From Rhodoferax sp. (lineage in GTDB: Bacteria; Pseudomonadota; Gammaproteobacteria; Burkholderiales; Burkholderiaceae_C), in assembly GCA_020048255.1 (NCBI GenBank), contig JAIFMR010000203.1, forward strand, positions 1-41,870: a DNA stretch of 41,870 bases, in the 5' to 3' direction. The translations under genes and the position numbers were made by a program. Numbering within the stretch: position 1 is the stretch's first letter; the number at the start of each line of letters is the position of its first letter. The notes beneath the pieces were generated by a model. It worked only from the letters and a program-made list of their open reading frames with translations, had not been told where the DNA came from and did no database searches. Of the stretch, positions 22,024-31,563 are shown piece after piece.

Positions 22024-22107
22024 AAAGAGCCTCCTACAGCACTTGGTTGAAGTGGTTGCCAGCACCATGCTGGCAACCGGAAAAACGGAATTAGATGTGT
22101 TGCTGTC

Positions 22108-22136
22108 ACTATGCCCCGCCTCCCACTTTTATGCAA
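22108..22136 (-). promoter_or_regulatory. putative sigma70 promoter of hpf
   Basis: Minus strand TTGCAT-17 nt-CATAGT. Confidence 0.5.
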
Positions 22137-22249
22137 TGTTTTTTTTTGCTGCACCGCCGCAGTGTCAGGGATCCCGCTGGTGTAGCCGCGGAAAACTCCC
22201 TTGACGGTGCCATAATTGAAAGGTTTTAACGAATGGACAAGTCACCTTG

Positions 22250-22304
22250 GAAAACTACCCCAGTCGGTAGCTTTCAATCCCAAACAAGCATCGGGGTTGA
22301 AAGC
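22250..22304 (+). promoter_or_regulatory. structured corA leader with two mutually exclusive hairpins
   Basis: Stem 1: 22250-22259 with 22266-22275 (9/10 pairs). Stem 2: 22270-22281 with 22293-22304 (12 bp, one G.U). Both use 22270-22275. Confidence 0.45.
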
Positions 22305-22356
22305 CAACCCTACGCCTCGCGCGACCTGATGCCTAGACTTTTTTGGGAGCGAGCCT

Positions 22357-23343
22357 ATGCTCAATATCTTCACCCTAGCCAACGGACGGCTGTTCCAAGA
22401 GGAAATCGAATCTCTGGAAGAGCTCTCGCGTTTTCAGCCCATTTGGGTTGACCTGGAGTCCCCAACACTCGAGGAAAAGCGCTGGATCAAACAGTATTTT
22501 GGTCTATCCATTCCTGAAGACGCAATGGATGAGGACATTGAGGAATCGGCACGCTTTTACAAAGAAGACAACGGCGAATTACACATTCGCAGTGACTTTT
22601 TAGTCGCAGACAACGACGAACCCCACACGGTGCGGGTGGCTTTCATCCTGAATCTGGAAAACGACGAGCTCAAGAGCAAGGGCGTTTTATTTTCCATCCA
22701 CGAAGAAGACGTGCCGGTATTTCGGCTGCTGCGCATGCGGGCACGGCGCGCGCCTGGCCTGATCGAAGACGCCAAGGAAGTGCTGCTCAAATTGTTCGAC
22801 GCTGATGCCGAGTACTCCGCAGATACGCTGGAAGAAATTTACGACGAATTGGAAAAAGCCAGTGCCAAAGTGCTCTCAGGCGACGTGACCGACGCCCTGG
22901 CGGGTGAGGTGCTCGGCGCCATTGCCCGCCATGAAGACATGAACGGGCGCATACGCCGCAACGCCATGGACACCCGGCGTGCCGTGAGTTTCATGATGCG
23001 AACCAAGATGCTCAATGGGGAGCAGTTTGAAGAAGCACGCCAAATTTTGCGTGACATTGACTCCCTCGACTCCCACACGGCATTTCTGTTTGACAAGATC
23101 AACTTCTTGATGGACGCAACGGTCGGCTTCATCAACATTAACCAGAACAAGATCATCAAAATCTTTTCAGTGGCCAGTGTGGCCCTGCTGCCACCGACAC
23201 TCATTGCCAGCATTTACGGCATGAATTTCAAGTTCATGCCTGAACTGGATTGGCAGGCGGGCTACCCGTTTGCCCTGGGTTTGATGCTGTGCAGCGCATT
23301 GATTCCGATGTGGTACTTCAGAAAACGCGGCTGGCTCAAATAA
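22357..23343 (+). CDS. corA: magnesium/cobalt transporter CorA
   Basis: DIEESARF, NQNKIIKIFS, LPPTLIASIYGMNF..MPEL. Confidence 0.97.
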   Translation: MLNIFTLANGRLFQEEIESLEELSRFQPIWVDLESPTLEEKRWIKQYFGLSIPEDAMDEDIEESARFYKEDNGELHIRSDFLVADNDEPHTVRVAFILNLENDELKSKGVLFSIHEEDVPVFRLLRMRARRAPGLIEDAKEVLLKLFDADAEYSADTLEEIYDELEKASAKVLSGDVTDALAGEVLGAIARHEDMNGRIRRNAMDTRRAVSFMMRTKMLNGEQFEEARQILRDIDSLDSHTAFLFDKINFLMDATVGFININQNKIIKIFSVASVALLPPTLIASIYGMNFKFMPELDWQAGYPFALGLMLCSALIPMWYFRKRGWLK

Positions 23344-23400
23344 GCAAGAAAAGCTTTTCGCCCTTATCCAGACTGCGTGAATAACTACAATTTTGGAAGC
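23340..23400 (-). repeat. dispersed ~60-bp motif filling the mtnN/corA convergent junction
   Basis: GCTTCCAAAATTGTAGT|TATTCACGC|AGTCTGGATAAGGGC|GAAAAGCT|TTTCTTGCTTAT. The head contains the mtnN TAG; the tail reaches the corA TAA. Confidence 0.7.
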
Positions 23401-24146
23401 ATCTGAACAAACTGGCTGAGCACGGCAAAGGCATACGGACTGGCCACCTTTTGCACAAAGGCCGAAAAATCCACATGCGCTGTCGCGTCAGCCCGATCTG
23501 AAATGGTGCGTAAAGCCGCAAACGGCACATCGTAATCCCGACACACCTGGGCCACTGCGGCACCTTCCATTTCAACAGCCAGCGGCGCAAAGCCAAAAGT
23601 CTGCATATCGCACATCATCCTGACTGCCACTTCTGCACTGGAGACAAACTGGTCGCCACTGGCGATCAGGCCGGCGTGCACCCGTGGCGCCATCAATAAC
23701 TTGTCATGATGGAAATGGTCTCCCACCCCCGCCAAACCTACATGAGCAGCTTCCAAAAGAAGAGCAGTCAAACCCTCATCGCAGGGCAGTGAGGCGCGCC
23801 CATACAACGGAATTTCATAACGGGCGAAGAGCGGTGAAGAATCCAGGTCGTGGTGAATGAACTCGCGGGCAACCACCACATCACCTACCTTGACTCCGGC
23901 ACTCAAGCCACCCGCCACGCCGGTAAACACCACGCGCTGCGCCTGAAAAGCCTCAATGACAGCGGTGGTGGTGGTAGCTGCCGCGACCTTGCCCACCTTG
24001 GTCAGCGCCAAAACAACCTCATGGCCGTGCCATTGACCACACCAAAACGTCCGCCCCGCCCGCTTGACCTTCCGTGGGTGCGCCAACTCTTCCAGCAAGC
24101 CGCGCTGCTCGTCAAGCAACGCGCTCAGAATAGCCAAGGTAGCCAA
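23385..24146 (-). CDS. mtnN: 5'-methylthioadenosine/S-adenosylhomocysteine nucleosidase
   Basis: VGKVAAA, VFTGVAGG, IASGDQFV, AVEMEGAAVAQVC, LRTISDRAD; TTG start. Confidence 0.93.
   Translation of the reverse strand: MATLAILSALLDEQRGLLEELAHPRKVKRAGRTFWCGQWHGHEVVLALTKVGKVAAATTTTAVIEAFQAQRVVFTGVAGGLSAGVKVGDVVVAREFIHHDLDSSPLFARYEIPLYGRASLPCDEGLTALLLEAAHVGLAGVGDHFHHDKLLMAPRVHAGLIASGDQFVSSAEVAVRMMCDMQTFGFAPLAVEMEGAAVAQVCRDYDVPFAALRTISDRADATAHVDFSAFVQKVASPYAFAVLSQFVQMLPKL
23704..23765 (-). repeat. dispersed ~60-bp motif, copy inside mtnN (sense)
   Basis: GCTCTTCTTTTGGAAGC|TGCTCATGT|AGGTTTGGCGGGGGT|GGGAGACC|ATTTCCATCATGA; encodes LLLEAAHVGLAGVGDHFHH. Confidence 0.6.
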
Positions 24147-24157
24147 AGCGTTGCTCG

Positions 24158-25831
24158 CTATTTGTTGCGCAATTCGCGTCGCAAAATTTTTCCAACCGGG
24201 GTTTTCGGTAGCTCGGTTCGGAACTCAATGACTTTGGGATGTTTGTAACCCGTCAGGTTTTCCTTGCAATAGGCACGTACCTGCGCCTCGGTGATCTCTG
24301 GGTTCTTGCGAACAATCACCAGTTTCACGGCTTCACCCGACTTCTCGTCCGGCACACCGACACATGCGCATTCCAAGATGCCATCCATCTGCGAGACCAC
24401 GTCTTCCAGCTCGGTCGGGAACACATTGAAGCCACTGACCAAAATCATGTCCTTTTTGCGGTCCACAATCTTGAAGTAGCCACGCTCGTCCATGACACCC
24501 ACATCACCCGACTTGAAATACCCGTCCGCCGTCATGACTTTGGCAGTTTCGTCGGGGCGTTGCCAGTAACCCGCCATGACCTGGGGGCCTTTGATCGCGA
24601 TTTCACCCGATTGACCAGGTGCCGTTTCTGAACCATCGTCGTTCAGCAATTTGAAATAGGTGCTCGGAACCGGCACACCGATGGATCCTGAATACTCCGT
24701 CACGGTCACCGGATTGCACGAGGCAATGGGGGCTGTCTCGCTGAGCCCGTAGCCTTCGCAAATGGCGCAGCCGGTCTTCTCAAACCACAACTTGGCCACA
24801 GCACTTTGCACAGCCGTCCCACCCCCTGCAGAGACCATCAAGCTCGACCAGTTCACCTTAGTAAAGTCCGGGTGATTGGCCAGCCCATTGAACAAGGTAT
24901 TGACTGCCGGGAAGACATGAACCTTGTGCTTGGCCAACTCGCCCAGCACAGCCGGAAAATCCCTGGGATTCGGAATCAGGATCAGTTTGCCGCCCAGGCG
25001 CAAGGACAGCATCATGCCCACAGTGAACGCAAAGATATGGTAGAGCGGCAAAGCGCACACCTCGTTCATTTGCTCACCCTCAGGGATTTTCACCAAGGCC
25101 GGCTGAAAACAGGCATCGGCCTGCAACAGGTTGGCCACCAGGTTACGGTGCAGCAGCACCGCCCCCTTGGAGACACCGGTGGTGCCGCCGGTGTACTGCA
25201 ACACCGCCACGTCATCGGGCTTGATCGTCAGCTTTTTAAGCGTGCCGCTACTGGCTTTGGCAATCGCCGCGTTGAACCGCACAGCACCGGGCAGGCTGTA
25301 GCTCGGCACCATTTTCTTGACATGGCGCACCACATAGTTCACCAAGGCGCCCTTGATCAGCCCCAGTTGATCGCCCATGGCGCACAACACCACATGTTTC
25401 ACCGGTGTTGCGGCGATGCATTTGTCCAGTGTGGCGGCGAAATTCTCCAGAATCACAATCGCCTTGGCACCGGAATCCTTCAACTGGTGCTCTAACTCGC
25501 GCGCGGTGTATAGCGGGTTGACGTTCACCAACGTGAACCCAGCCCGCAAAATACCTGCCACAGCAATCGGGTATTGCAAGACATTAGGCATCATGACAGC
25601 CACCCGGTCACCACGGACCAGACCCAGGCTTTGCAGATAGACCCCAAAGGTCTGACTGAGCTGATCGACCTGGCGGTAACTCATCTCCTTGCCCATGAAG
25701 CTGTACGCACTTTGTCCGGCAAACTTCTGGAAGCTTTCTTCCATCATGTCAACCATTGAGGCGTAGCGATTCACATCAATGTCGGCCGGAACACCTGGGG
25801 GATAGCTGTTAAGCCAGATGCGATCAGTCAT
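24158..25831 (-). CDS. fadD: long-chain fatty acid--CoA ligase
   Basis: LQYTGGTTGVSKGA, EGYGLSET, GPQVMAGYW, SGDVG..D..G...IVDRKKDMI, PKTPVGKILRR. Confidence 0.9.
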   Translation of the reverse strand: MTDRIWLNSYPPGVPADIDVNRYASMVDMMEESFQKFAGQSAYSFMGKEMSYRQVDQLSQTFGVYLQSLGLVRGDRVAVMMPNVLQYPIAVAGILRAGFTLVNVNPLYTARELEHQLKDSGAKAIVILENFAATLDKCIAATPVKHVVLCAMGDQLGLIKGALVNYVVRHVKKMVPSYSLPGAVRFNAAIAKASSGTLKKLTIKPDDVAVLQYTGGTTGVSKGAVLLHRNLVANLLQADACFQPALVKIPEGEQMNEVCALPLYHIFAFTVGMMLSLRLGGKLILIPNPRDFPAVLGELAKHKVHVFPAVNTLFNGLANHPDFTKVNWSSLMVSAGGGTAVQSAVAKLWFEKTGCAICEGYGLSETAPIASCNPVTVTEYSGSIGVPVPSTYFKLLNDDGSETAPGQSGEIAIKGPQVMAGYWQRPDETAKVMTADGYFKSGDVGVMDERGYFKIVDRKKDMILVSGFNVFPTELEDVVSQMDGILECACVGVPDEKSGEAVKLVIVRKNPEITEAQVRAYCKENLTGYKHPKVIEFRTELPKTPVGKILRRELRNK

Positions 25832-25914
25832 AGCGAAGTCTCCAAGTTCTGTATTGATGGTTTGATTCTCACCCGGTTGTCAGGTTTTGTAAGCTGTGTT
25901 TTCCCTAATTAGAG

Positions 25915-25949
25915 AAAAGCCTCCAATACTTGTCAGGCAGTGGAGGCTT
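25915..25949 (-). terminator. Rho-independent terminator after pntB
   Basis: Minus strand AAGCCTCCA-15 nt loop-TGGAGGCTT then TT. Confidence 0.55.
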
Positions 25950-25995
25950 GGCGTTTGCGCAGGAGCTAGCTTGGCCCCTAATGGCGTGGTGTGTG

Positions 25996-27417
25996 TCAGG
26001 ATTTCAGAACGGTCAGCACTTCATCAAGCATTTTCTTGGCATCGCCAAACAACATGCGGTTGTTTTCTTTGTAGAACAGGGGATTGTCAACGCCTGCGTA
26101 ACCTGAAGCCATGCTGCGCTTCATCACAATAGACGTCTTGGCTTTCCAGACCTCCAGCACCGGCATGCCGGCAATCGGGCTGGTCGGGTCATCCTGGGCA
26201 CCGGGGTTCACGATGTCGTTGGCACCGATCACCATCACCACATCGGTTTTGGGGAAGTCGTCGTTGAGCTCGTCCATTTCAAACACAATGTCATACGGCA
26301 CCTTGGCCTCGGCCAGCAACACGTTCATGTGCCCCGGCATGCGCCCGGCCACCGGGTGGATACCAAAACGCACATTGACACCTTTTTCGCGCAGGAACTT
26401 GGTGATCTCATACACCGTGTGTTGGGCTTGCGCCACGGCCATGCCGTAGCCCGGCACAATCACCACACTCTTGGCTTCACGCAGCAGTTCAGCGGTCTCA
26501 GTCGCATTGATCGGAGCCACCTCGCCTGCTGGCTGCGCTGCGTCGCCCGCAGGCTTAGGCGCGGCACTGGCGGTGCCAAAACCACCAGCAATCACACTGA
26601 TGAAACTGCGCGCCATGGCCTTGCACATGATGTACGACAGAATGGCGCCACTGGAGCCCACCAGGGCACCAGTCACGATCAACAAATCGTTGGACAACAT
26701 GAAACCCGTCGCCGCTGCGGCCCAGCCTGAGTAGCTGTTGAGCATGGACACCACCACCGGCATGTCGGCACCACCGATGGCCATCACCATGTGGATACCA
26801 AACAGCAAGGCAACCACCGTCATGATGACCAGGGGCGCAATGCCGTCCTCAATGGTGTGGGCGTTCATAAACTCGCGTCCAAACCAGATCACCACCAGCA
26901 AGCCGACCAGGTTCAGCCAGTGCCGCCCGGGCAACAGCAGCGGGTTGCCACCAATACGGCCAGAGAGCTTGCCAAATGCGATGATGGAACCAGAGAAGGT
27001 AACCGCTCCAATCAAAATGCCAATGTAGATCTCCATCTCATGAATGGATTTCGCGGCACCCACAAACCCTTTGGAAGCCTCAGGGTCAATGAAGGTGGCA
27101 ATACCCACCAACATCGCAGCCAAGCCCACCATGCTGTGCATCAGCGCAACCAACTCGGGCATCTGCGTCATTTGCACTGTGCGTGCGGCATACAGGCCGA
27201 TCGAACCACCAATCAACATGGCAGCAATGATCCAAGGCAGGCCAGAGCCAGTCACCTGCGGGCCAAACACCGTGGCCAGCACAGCCAACGCCATGCCGAT
27301 CATGCCGTAGAGATTTCCGCGCAAGGCGGTTTCCTGGTTGGACAAGCCGCCCAAACTCAAGATGAAAAGAATTGTTGCTCCGATATAGGAGACGGTTGCC
27401 AGTTCTGTCGTAAACAT
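25996..27417 (-). CDS. pntB: NAD(P) transhydrogenase subunit beta
   Basis: [59 protein letters not shown]. Confidence 0.97.
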   Translation of the reverse strand: MFTTELATVSYIGATILFILSLGGLSNQETALRGNLYGMIGMALAVLATVFGPQVTGSGLPWIIAAMLIGGSIGLYAARTVQMTQMPELVALMHSMVGLAAMLVGIATFIDPEASKGFVGAAKSIHEMEIYIGILIGAVTFSGSIIAFGKLSGRIGGNPLLLPGRHWLNLVGLLVVIWFGREFMNAHTIEDGIAPLVIMTVVALLFGIHMVMAIGGADMPVVVSMLNSYSGWAAAATGFMLSNDLLIVTGALVGSSGAILSYIMCKAMARSFISVIAGGFGTASAAPKPAGDAAQPAGEVAPINATETAELLREAKSVVIVPGYGMAVAQAQHTVYEITKFLREKGVNVRFGIHPVAGRMPGHMNVLLAEAKVPYDIVFEMDELNDDFPKTDVVMVIGANDIVNPGAQDDPTSPIAGMPVLEVWKAKTSIVMKRSMASGYAGVDNPLFYKENNRMLFGDAKKMLDEVLTVLKS

Positions 27418-27429
27418 GAATTGCCTCCC

Positions 27430-29064
27430 TTATTTGCGAAACATGGCAAGCATGCGCTGAGTGACGGCAAAGCCGCCGAACATATTGATGGCCGTCAACA
27501 CAATGCCAGCTCCGGCAACCCAGGTGATCAATTCATTGGGACGCCCGGCTGCACCGACCATCGGCGAGATCTGCACCAAGGCACCAATCGCGATGATGCT
27601 GCTGATGGCGTTGGTCACGCTCATCAGCGGCGTGTGCAAAGCTGGTTTGACATTCCACACCACCATATACCCGACAAAGCAGGCCAATACAAACACCGTG
27701 AAGTGCGACAAAAAGGCCGGCGGCGCACTGGCACCAATCAGCCAGAACAGCGCTGCGGCCACACCAAACATGATGGCCAGCTTGCTGCCGGCCATAGGCT
27801 CACCGGCGTCGCCGTGGCCATGGGCCTTTTTGGCTGCTGGTGCAGCCGCCTTGGCCGGTGCTGCTGCAGGTGCAGCCGCCTGCTTGGGCGCAGGTGCGGG
27901 CCAGGTGATGGCGCCTCCCTTGGTCACCGTCAGACCGCGAATGGCATCGTCTTCCATGTTGACATCAATGATGCCGTCTTTGGTCTTGCACAGCTCTTCG
28001 GTCAGGCGAAACAGGTTGGTGGCATACAGCGTCGACGACTGCTTGGCCAAACGCGAGGCCAGATCGGTGTAGCCGACGATGGTCACACCGTGCTTCACCA
28101 CGGCCTGGCCGGGCTCAGTCAGCTCGCAGTTGCCACCCTGCTCGGCAGCCATGTCCACAATGACACTGCCGGGCTTCATGCTCTTCACCATGTCGGCGGT
28201 GATGAGTTTGGGCGCGGGTTTGCCAGGAATCAAAGCTGTGGTGATGATGATGTCGGCCTCTTTGGCCTGCTTGGCGTACATCTCGCGCTGGGCCTGCTGG
28301 AAGCCCTCGCTCATCACCTTGGCGTAACCGCCTCCACCTGATCCTTCTTCCACGTAATCGACTTTCACAAACTCGCCACCCAGCGACACGACCTGATCGG
28401 CCACTTCGGCACGCGTGTCATTGGCACGAACAATGGCACCCAGGCTGGCCGCAGTGCCAATGGCCGCCAAGCCCGCCACGCCAGCGCCTGCAATAAACAC
28501 CTTGGCGGGCGGCACCTTGCCCGCAGCCGTGATCTGGCCGTTGAAGAAACGACCAAAGGCGTTGGCAGCTTCAATCACCGCGCGGTAACCACTTACACCG
28601 GCCATGGAAGTCAAGGCATCCATCTTCTGGGCGCGGCTCAGTGTGCGCGGCAACGCGTCAATCGCCAGCACCGTGGCCTTCTTGGCGGCGAGCTGCTGCA
28701 TCAACTCCGGGTTCTGTGCTGGCCATATAAAACTGATGAGGGCGCCGCCTTCGCGCAGCAGGCCGACCTCTTGAGCATTGGGACCCCGCACCTTGAAAAC
28801 AATGTCGGCGCCAGACCACAGGGCTTGGGCGTCGGGCACGATGGTGGCCCCGGCGTCACGATAACTTTCGTCGGAAAAGTTGGCCGCATCTCCTGCGCCG
28901 CTCTGCACTGCCACGGAAAACCCGAGCTTGACCAGTTTGGCCACCACCTCAGGCACGGTAGCAACACGCTTCTCTAAGGGGAAAACTTCAGTTGGCACCC
29001 CAATGCATTGGGCCAATTTGGCGGATTCAACCGATGGGGCTTCGGCGGCAGTACCAGCTTGCAT
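27430..29064 (-). CDS. pntA: NAD(P) transhydrogenase subunit alpha (single chain)
   Basis: EKRVATVP, RAQKMDAL, GAGVAGLAA, GGGYAK, TALIPGKPAP, LHTPLMSVTNAIS. Confidence 0.97.
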   Translation of the reverse strand: MQAGTAAEAPSVESAKLAQCIGVPTEVFPLEKRVATVPEVVAKLVKLGFSVAVQSGAGDAANFSDESYRDAGATIVPDAQALWSGADIVFKVRGPNAQEVGLLREGGALISFIWPAQNPELMQQLAAKKATVLAIDALPRTLSRAQKMDALTSMAGVSGYRAVIEAANAFGRFFNGQITAAGKVPPAKVFIAGAGVAGLAAIGTAASLGAIVRANDTRAEVADQVVSLGGEFVKVDYVEEGSGGGGYAKVMSEGFQQAQREMYAKQAKEADIIITTALIPGKPAPKLITADMVKSMKPGSVIVDMAAEQGGNCELTEPGQAVVKHGVTIVGYTDLASRLAKQSSTLYATNLFRLTEELCKTKDGIIDVNMEDDAIRGLTVTKGGAITWPAPAPKQAAAPAAAPAKAAAPAAKKAHGHGDAGEPMAGSKLAIMFGVAAALFWLIGASAPPAFLSHFTVFVLACFVGYMVVWNVKPALHTPLMSVTNAISSIIAIGALVQISPMVGAAGRPNELITWVAGAGIVLTAINMFGGFAVTQRMLAMFRK

Positions 29065-29247
29065 GAAACGACTCCTTCTATGATTTATCGTCGGCTACGC
29101 TCAGGCAGCGTGCCCGAGACAATCGCGCGAGCTTACATCAGTTTTCGCGCAAGTTTGCAGCCTGTCTCCCTGTCAGTTGACACAGATCAAAACTTCGCAA
29201 GCCGCCCCTACCGGCGTGAAGACCTCGTCTTCCCGGATAATCCTGCC

Positions 29248-29760
29248 ATGATCCAACGATGGAAACCCAGCACCACAGTCGCGGCAATCATTGAGCAAAA
29301 CGGTCTGTTTATGCTGGTGGAAGAACACACGCCCGAAGGCTTGCGGCTCAACAACCCGGCCGGCCACCTCGACGAGGGCGAAAGTCTGGTGCACGGCTGC
29401 GCCCGCGAAGCACTCGAGGAAACCAAGCACCTGTTTACGCCAGAGTCCCTGGTGGGGGTCTATCTGTCGCGCTTCCAGCGGGACGCCTGCGCCCCCCACG
29501 CGGCCGAGGACATCACTTATTTGCGCTTTGCCTTTGCGGGCCGTCTTGGCGCGTTGCAAAGTGGGCGCCAGCTCGACACCGGCATTGTCCGCACCCTCTG
29601 GCTCAGTCCAGATGACATTCGCGCGAGCGCTGAGCGCCACCGCAGCCCCCTGGTCCTGCAATGCATGGAAGACTACCTGTCAGGCCAGCGCTTCCCGCTG
29701 GGTCTGATACACACCGACGCCAGCGTGACCCGGATGTCAACGCTGCCCCACACGCTGTGA
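29248..29760 (+). CDS. NUDIX hydrolase (NudJ-like)
   Basis: [12 protein letters not shown]; Nudix box [21 protein letters not shown]; RHRSPLV; directly upstream of mnmA. Confidence 0.9.
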   Translation: MIQRWKPSTTVAAIIEQNGLFMLVEEHTPEGLRLNNPAGHLDEGESLVHGCAREALEETKHLFTPESLVGVYLSRFQRDACAPHAAEDITYLRFAFAGRLGALQSGRQLDTGIVRTLWLSPDDIRASAERHRSPLVLQCMEDYLSGQRFPLGLIHTDASVTRMSTLPHTL

Positions 29761-30929
29761 GCACCGTGACGCTACGCCAGCGAGTTGTGGTGGGTTTGAG
29801 CGGCGGGGTCGACTCTGCTGTCACGGCCTGGCTGCTCAAGCAACAGGGCCACGAGGTTCTGGGCATCTTCATGAAAAATTGGGAAGATGACGACAACAGC
29901 GCCTACTGCTCATCCAACGAAGACTTTGTCGATGCTGCCGCCGTGGCGGATGTGATCGGTATAGAGATCGAACACGTCAACTTTGCAGCAGACTACAAAG
30001 ACCGGGTATTTGCCGACTTTTTGCATGAGTACCGCAGCGGCCGCACACCCAACCCGGACATTTTGTGCAATGCCGAAATCAAGTTCAAAGCCTTTTTGGA
30101 CCACGCCATGCGCCTGGGTGCCGACAAAATCGCCACCGGTCACTACGCCCGGGTTCGCTTGAACCCAGCAACTGGCCTGCATGAGTTGCTCAAGGGCCTG
30201 GACCCGGCAAAAGACCAAAGCTATTTCTTGCACCGTCTCAATCAGGCACAACTCTCCAAAACCTGGTTTCCAGTGGGCGAGTTTCTCAAAACCGAGGTAC
30301 GAAGAATCGCTCAGGACATCGGCCTGCCCAACGCCAAGAAGAAAGACTCCACCGGCATCTGTTTCATTGGCGAGCGGCCGTTTCGTGACTTTTTGAACCG
30401 GTACATTGCCAAAGAGCCCGGCCCGATCAAAAACGACAAGGGTCAGACCGTCGCGCAACACCTTGGACTGAGTTTTTACACTTTGGGGCAGCGTCAGGGC
30501 TTGGGCATTGGCGGACTCAAGGCCAAAGGGGCGCAACGCGGCGGCGGCGAACACGCGCCGTGGTTTGTGGCTCGCAAGGACATGAGCAGCAACACCTTGT
30601 GGGTGGTGCAAGGTCATAACCACCCCTGGCTGCAATCCCTGCACTTACAGGCCCAGCAGGCCAGTTGGGTGGCTGGCCACGCACCCGCGCCACGCACCCT
30701 AGCGGCGAAAACAAGATACCGCCAAGCCGACGCAGAGTGCGTTTTGCAAGATGTGGACGACAGCCACTTCGCACTGGGTTTCACCCAGGCGCAATGGGCC
30801 GTGACCCCGGGTCAGTCGGCTGTTTTGTACGACGGTGATATCTGCCTGGGTGGCGGCATCATCACCGACACGCAAGCCGCTGAAGAATCCAAAAACAATA
30901 GCAACCCACCCAATCAGAAAAACGGTTAG
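29757..30929 (+). CDS. mnmA: tRNA-specific 2-thiouridylase
   Basis: [53 protein letters not shown] start at 29757 (GTGA overlap) or 29766. Confidence 0.97.
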   Translation: MSTVTLRQRVVVGLSGGVDSAVTAWLLKQQGHEVLGIFMKNWEDDDNSAYCSSNEDFVDAAAVADVIGIEIEHVNFAADYKDRVFADFLHEYRSGRTPNPDILCNAEIKFKAFLDHAMRLGADKIATGHYARVRLNPATGLHELLKGLDPAKDQSYFLHRLNQAQLSKTWFPVGEFLKTEVRRIAQDIGLPNAKKKDSTGICFIGERPFRDFLNRYIAKEPGPIKNDKGQTVAQHLGLSFYTLGQRQGLGIGGLKAKGAQRGGGEHAPWFVARKDMSSNTLWVVQGHNHPWLQSLHLQAQQASWVAGHAPAPRTLAAKTRYRQADAECVLQDVDDSHFALGFTQAQWAVTPGQSAVLYDGDICLGGGIITDTQAAEESKNNSNPPNQKNG

Positions 30930-30947
30930 CGGCTATTTTGGCTTGAA
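30886..30947 (+). repeat. dispersed ~60-bp motif at the mnmA 3' end
   Basis: AATCCAAAAACAATAGC|AACCCACCC|AATCAGAAAAACGGT|TAGCGGCT|ATTTTGGCTTGAA; provides the tail [13 protein letters not shown] and the TAG stop. Confidence 0.6.
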
Positions 30948-30952
30948 TCCCC

Positions 30953-31243
30953 TCAGCCCATGCGGGCCAACAAATCTTCCATGTCTTTGAGCATGGTTTC
31001 CACGCTACTGGCCTGGTCGTGCTCGGGTGACATGCACTGACCCAGTTCCTGCTCCATGAAACACATGGTCATGCGCAGGTAGGTGCTGTCCAACGCCTTG
31101 CGAACCGCAGAAAACTGTTGGCCAATTTTCTGGCAACTTTCACCCTCCTCGAGCATGCGCTGCACGCCACGAAGCTGCCCCTCCGCCCGTCGCAAGCGAT
31201 TGAGCAGCTCATTGCGAGCCACTTCATTGGTCAAGGTCGTCAT
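30953..31243 (-). CDS. CsoR/RcnR/FrmR-family transcriptional repressor (possibly persulfide-sensing)
   Basis: LLNRLRRAEGQLRGVQRMLEEGESC..I.QQ..AVRKAL is the family signature; ATG 31243, 96 aa. Confidence 0.88.
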   Translation of the reverse strand: MTTLTNEVARNELLNRLRRAEGQLRGVQRMLEEGESCQKIGQQFSAVRKALDSTYLRMTMCFMEQELGQCMSPEHDQASSVETMLKDMEDLLARMG

Positions 31244-31316
31244 GGCATCGTCTTCTGCTTGAGAATCGCACTGCTTGGCCCCACTGGCGCCGGGCGCGGG
31301 TGGGCATCCATCCGGA

Positions 31317-31541
31317 TTACCGGGCGCAGCCCACAGCACTTTCAGGCACACCCAGCTTTTTCAGGATGATGCTCAAGGGGCAAAAGTTGGTGAAACCTGA
31401 CTGAAACAAGTTGGCACCCACAAAGGCGGTGAAAGCCAGCGCCCACTTACTGACGAACAGCGGGCTGCCCTCCACACCTAGCGCGAGCGAGAGCATGACA
31501 AAAAAGCCGGCGAAAACAAAAATATAACGTTGCACTGTCAT
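31317..31541 (-). CDS. DUF2892 / YgaP-like transmembrane protein
   Basis: MTVQRYI...FTAFVGANLFQSGFTNFCPL..ILKKLG; two TM helices and a conserved FCP; GGAG Shine-Dalgarno. Confidence 0.88.
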   Translation of the reverse strand: MTVQRYIFVFAGFFVMLSLALGVEGSPLFVSKWALAFTAFVGANLFQSGFTNFCPLSIILKKLGVPESAVGCAR

Positions 31542-31563
31542 TTCATAACTCCATTTCAAAAAA

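Noticed and set aside
22054-22090. TGGCA as a sigma54 -24 element for hpf
   Set aside because: No TTGC at the -12 position on either strand.
24125-24173. Partial match to the 60-bp motif at the fadD/mtnN junction (minus strand ...ATAGC|GAGCAACGC|TTTGGCTACCTTGGC|TA)
   Set aside because: Spacing fits, but the head is not palindromic and the AGGCC block is missing. Not counted without a PWM score.
27830-27900. Ala/Pro-rich quasi-repeats in pntA, and similar ones in the ssb tail at 37380-37450
   Set aside because: Ordinary flexible linkers expected in these proteins; no DNA-level repeat unit.
26791-28341. 516-aa plus-strand ORF, and similar long ORFs at 5774-6952, 7421-8689, 12013-13041, 38329-39219 and 40300-41343
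   Set aside because: They lie antisense to well-supported genes (pntAB, kup/gshA, pckG, MFS, uvrA) and have no recognisable motifs; these are typical shadow ORFs of GC-biased codon usage.
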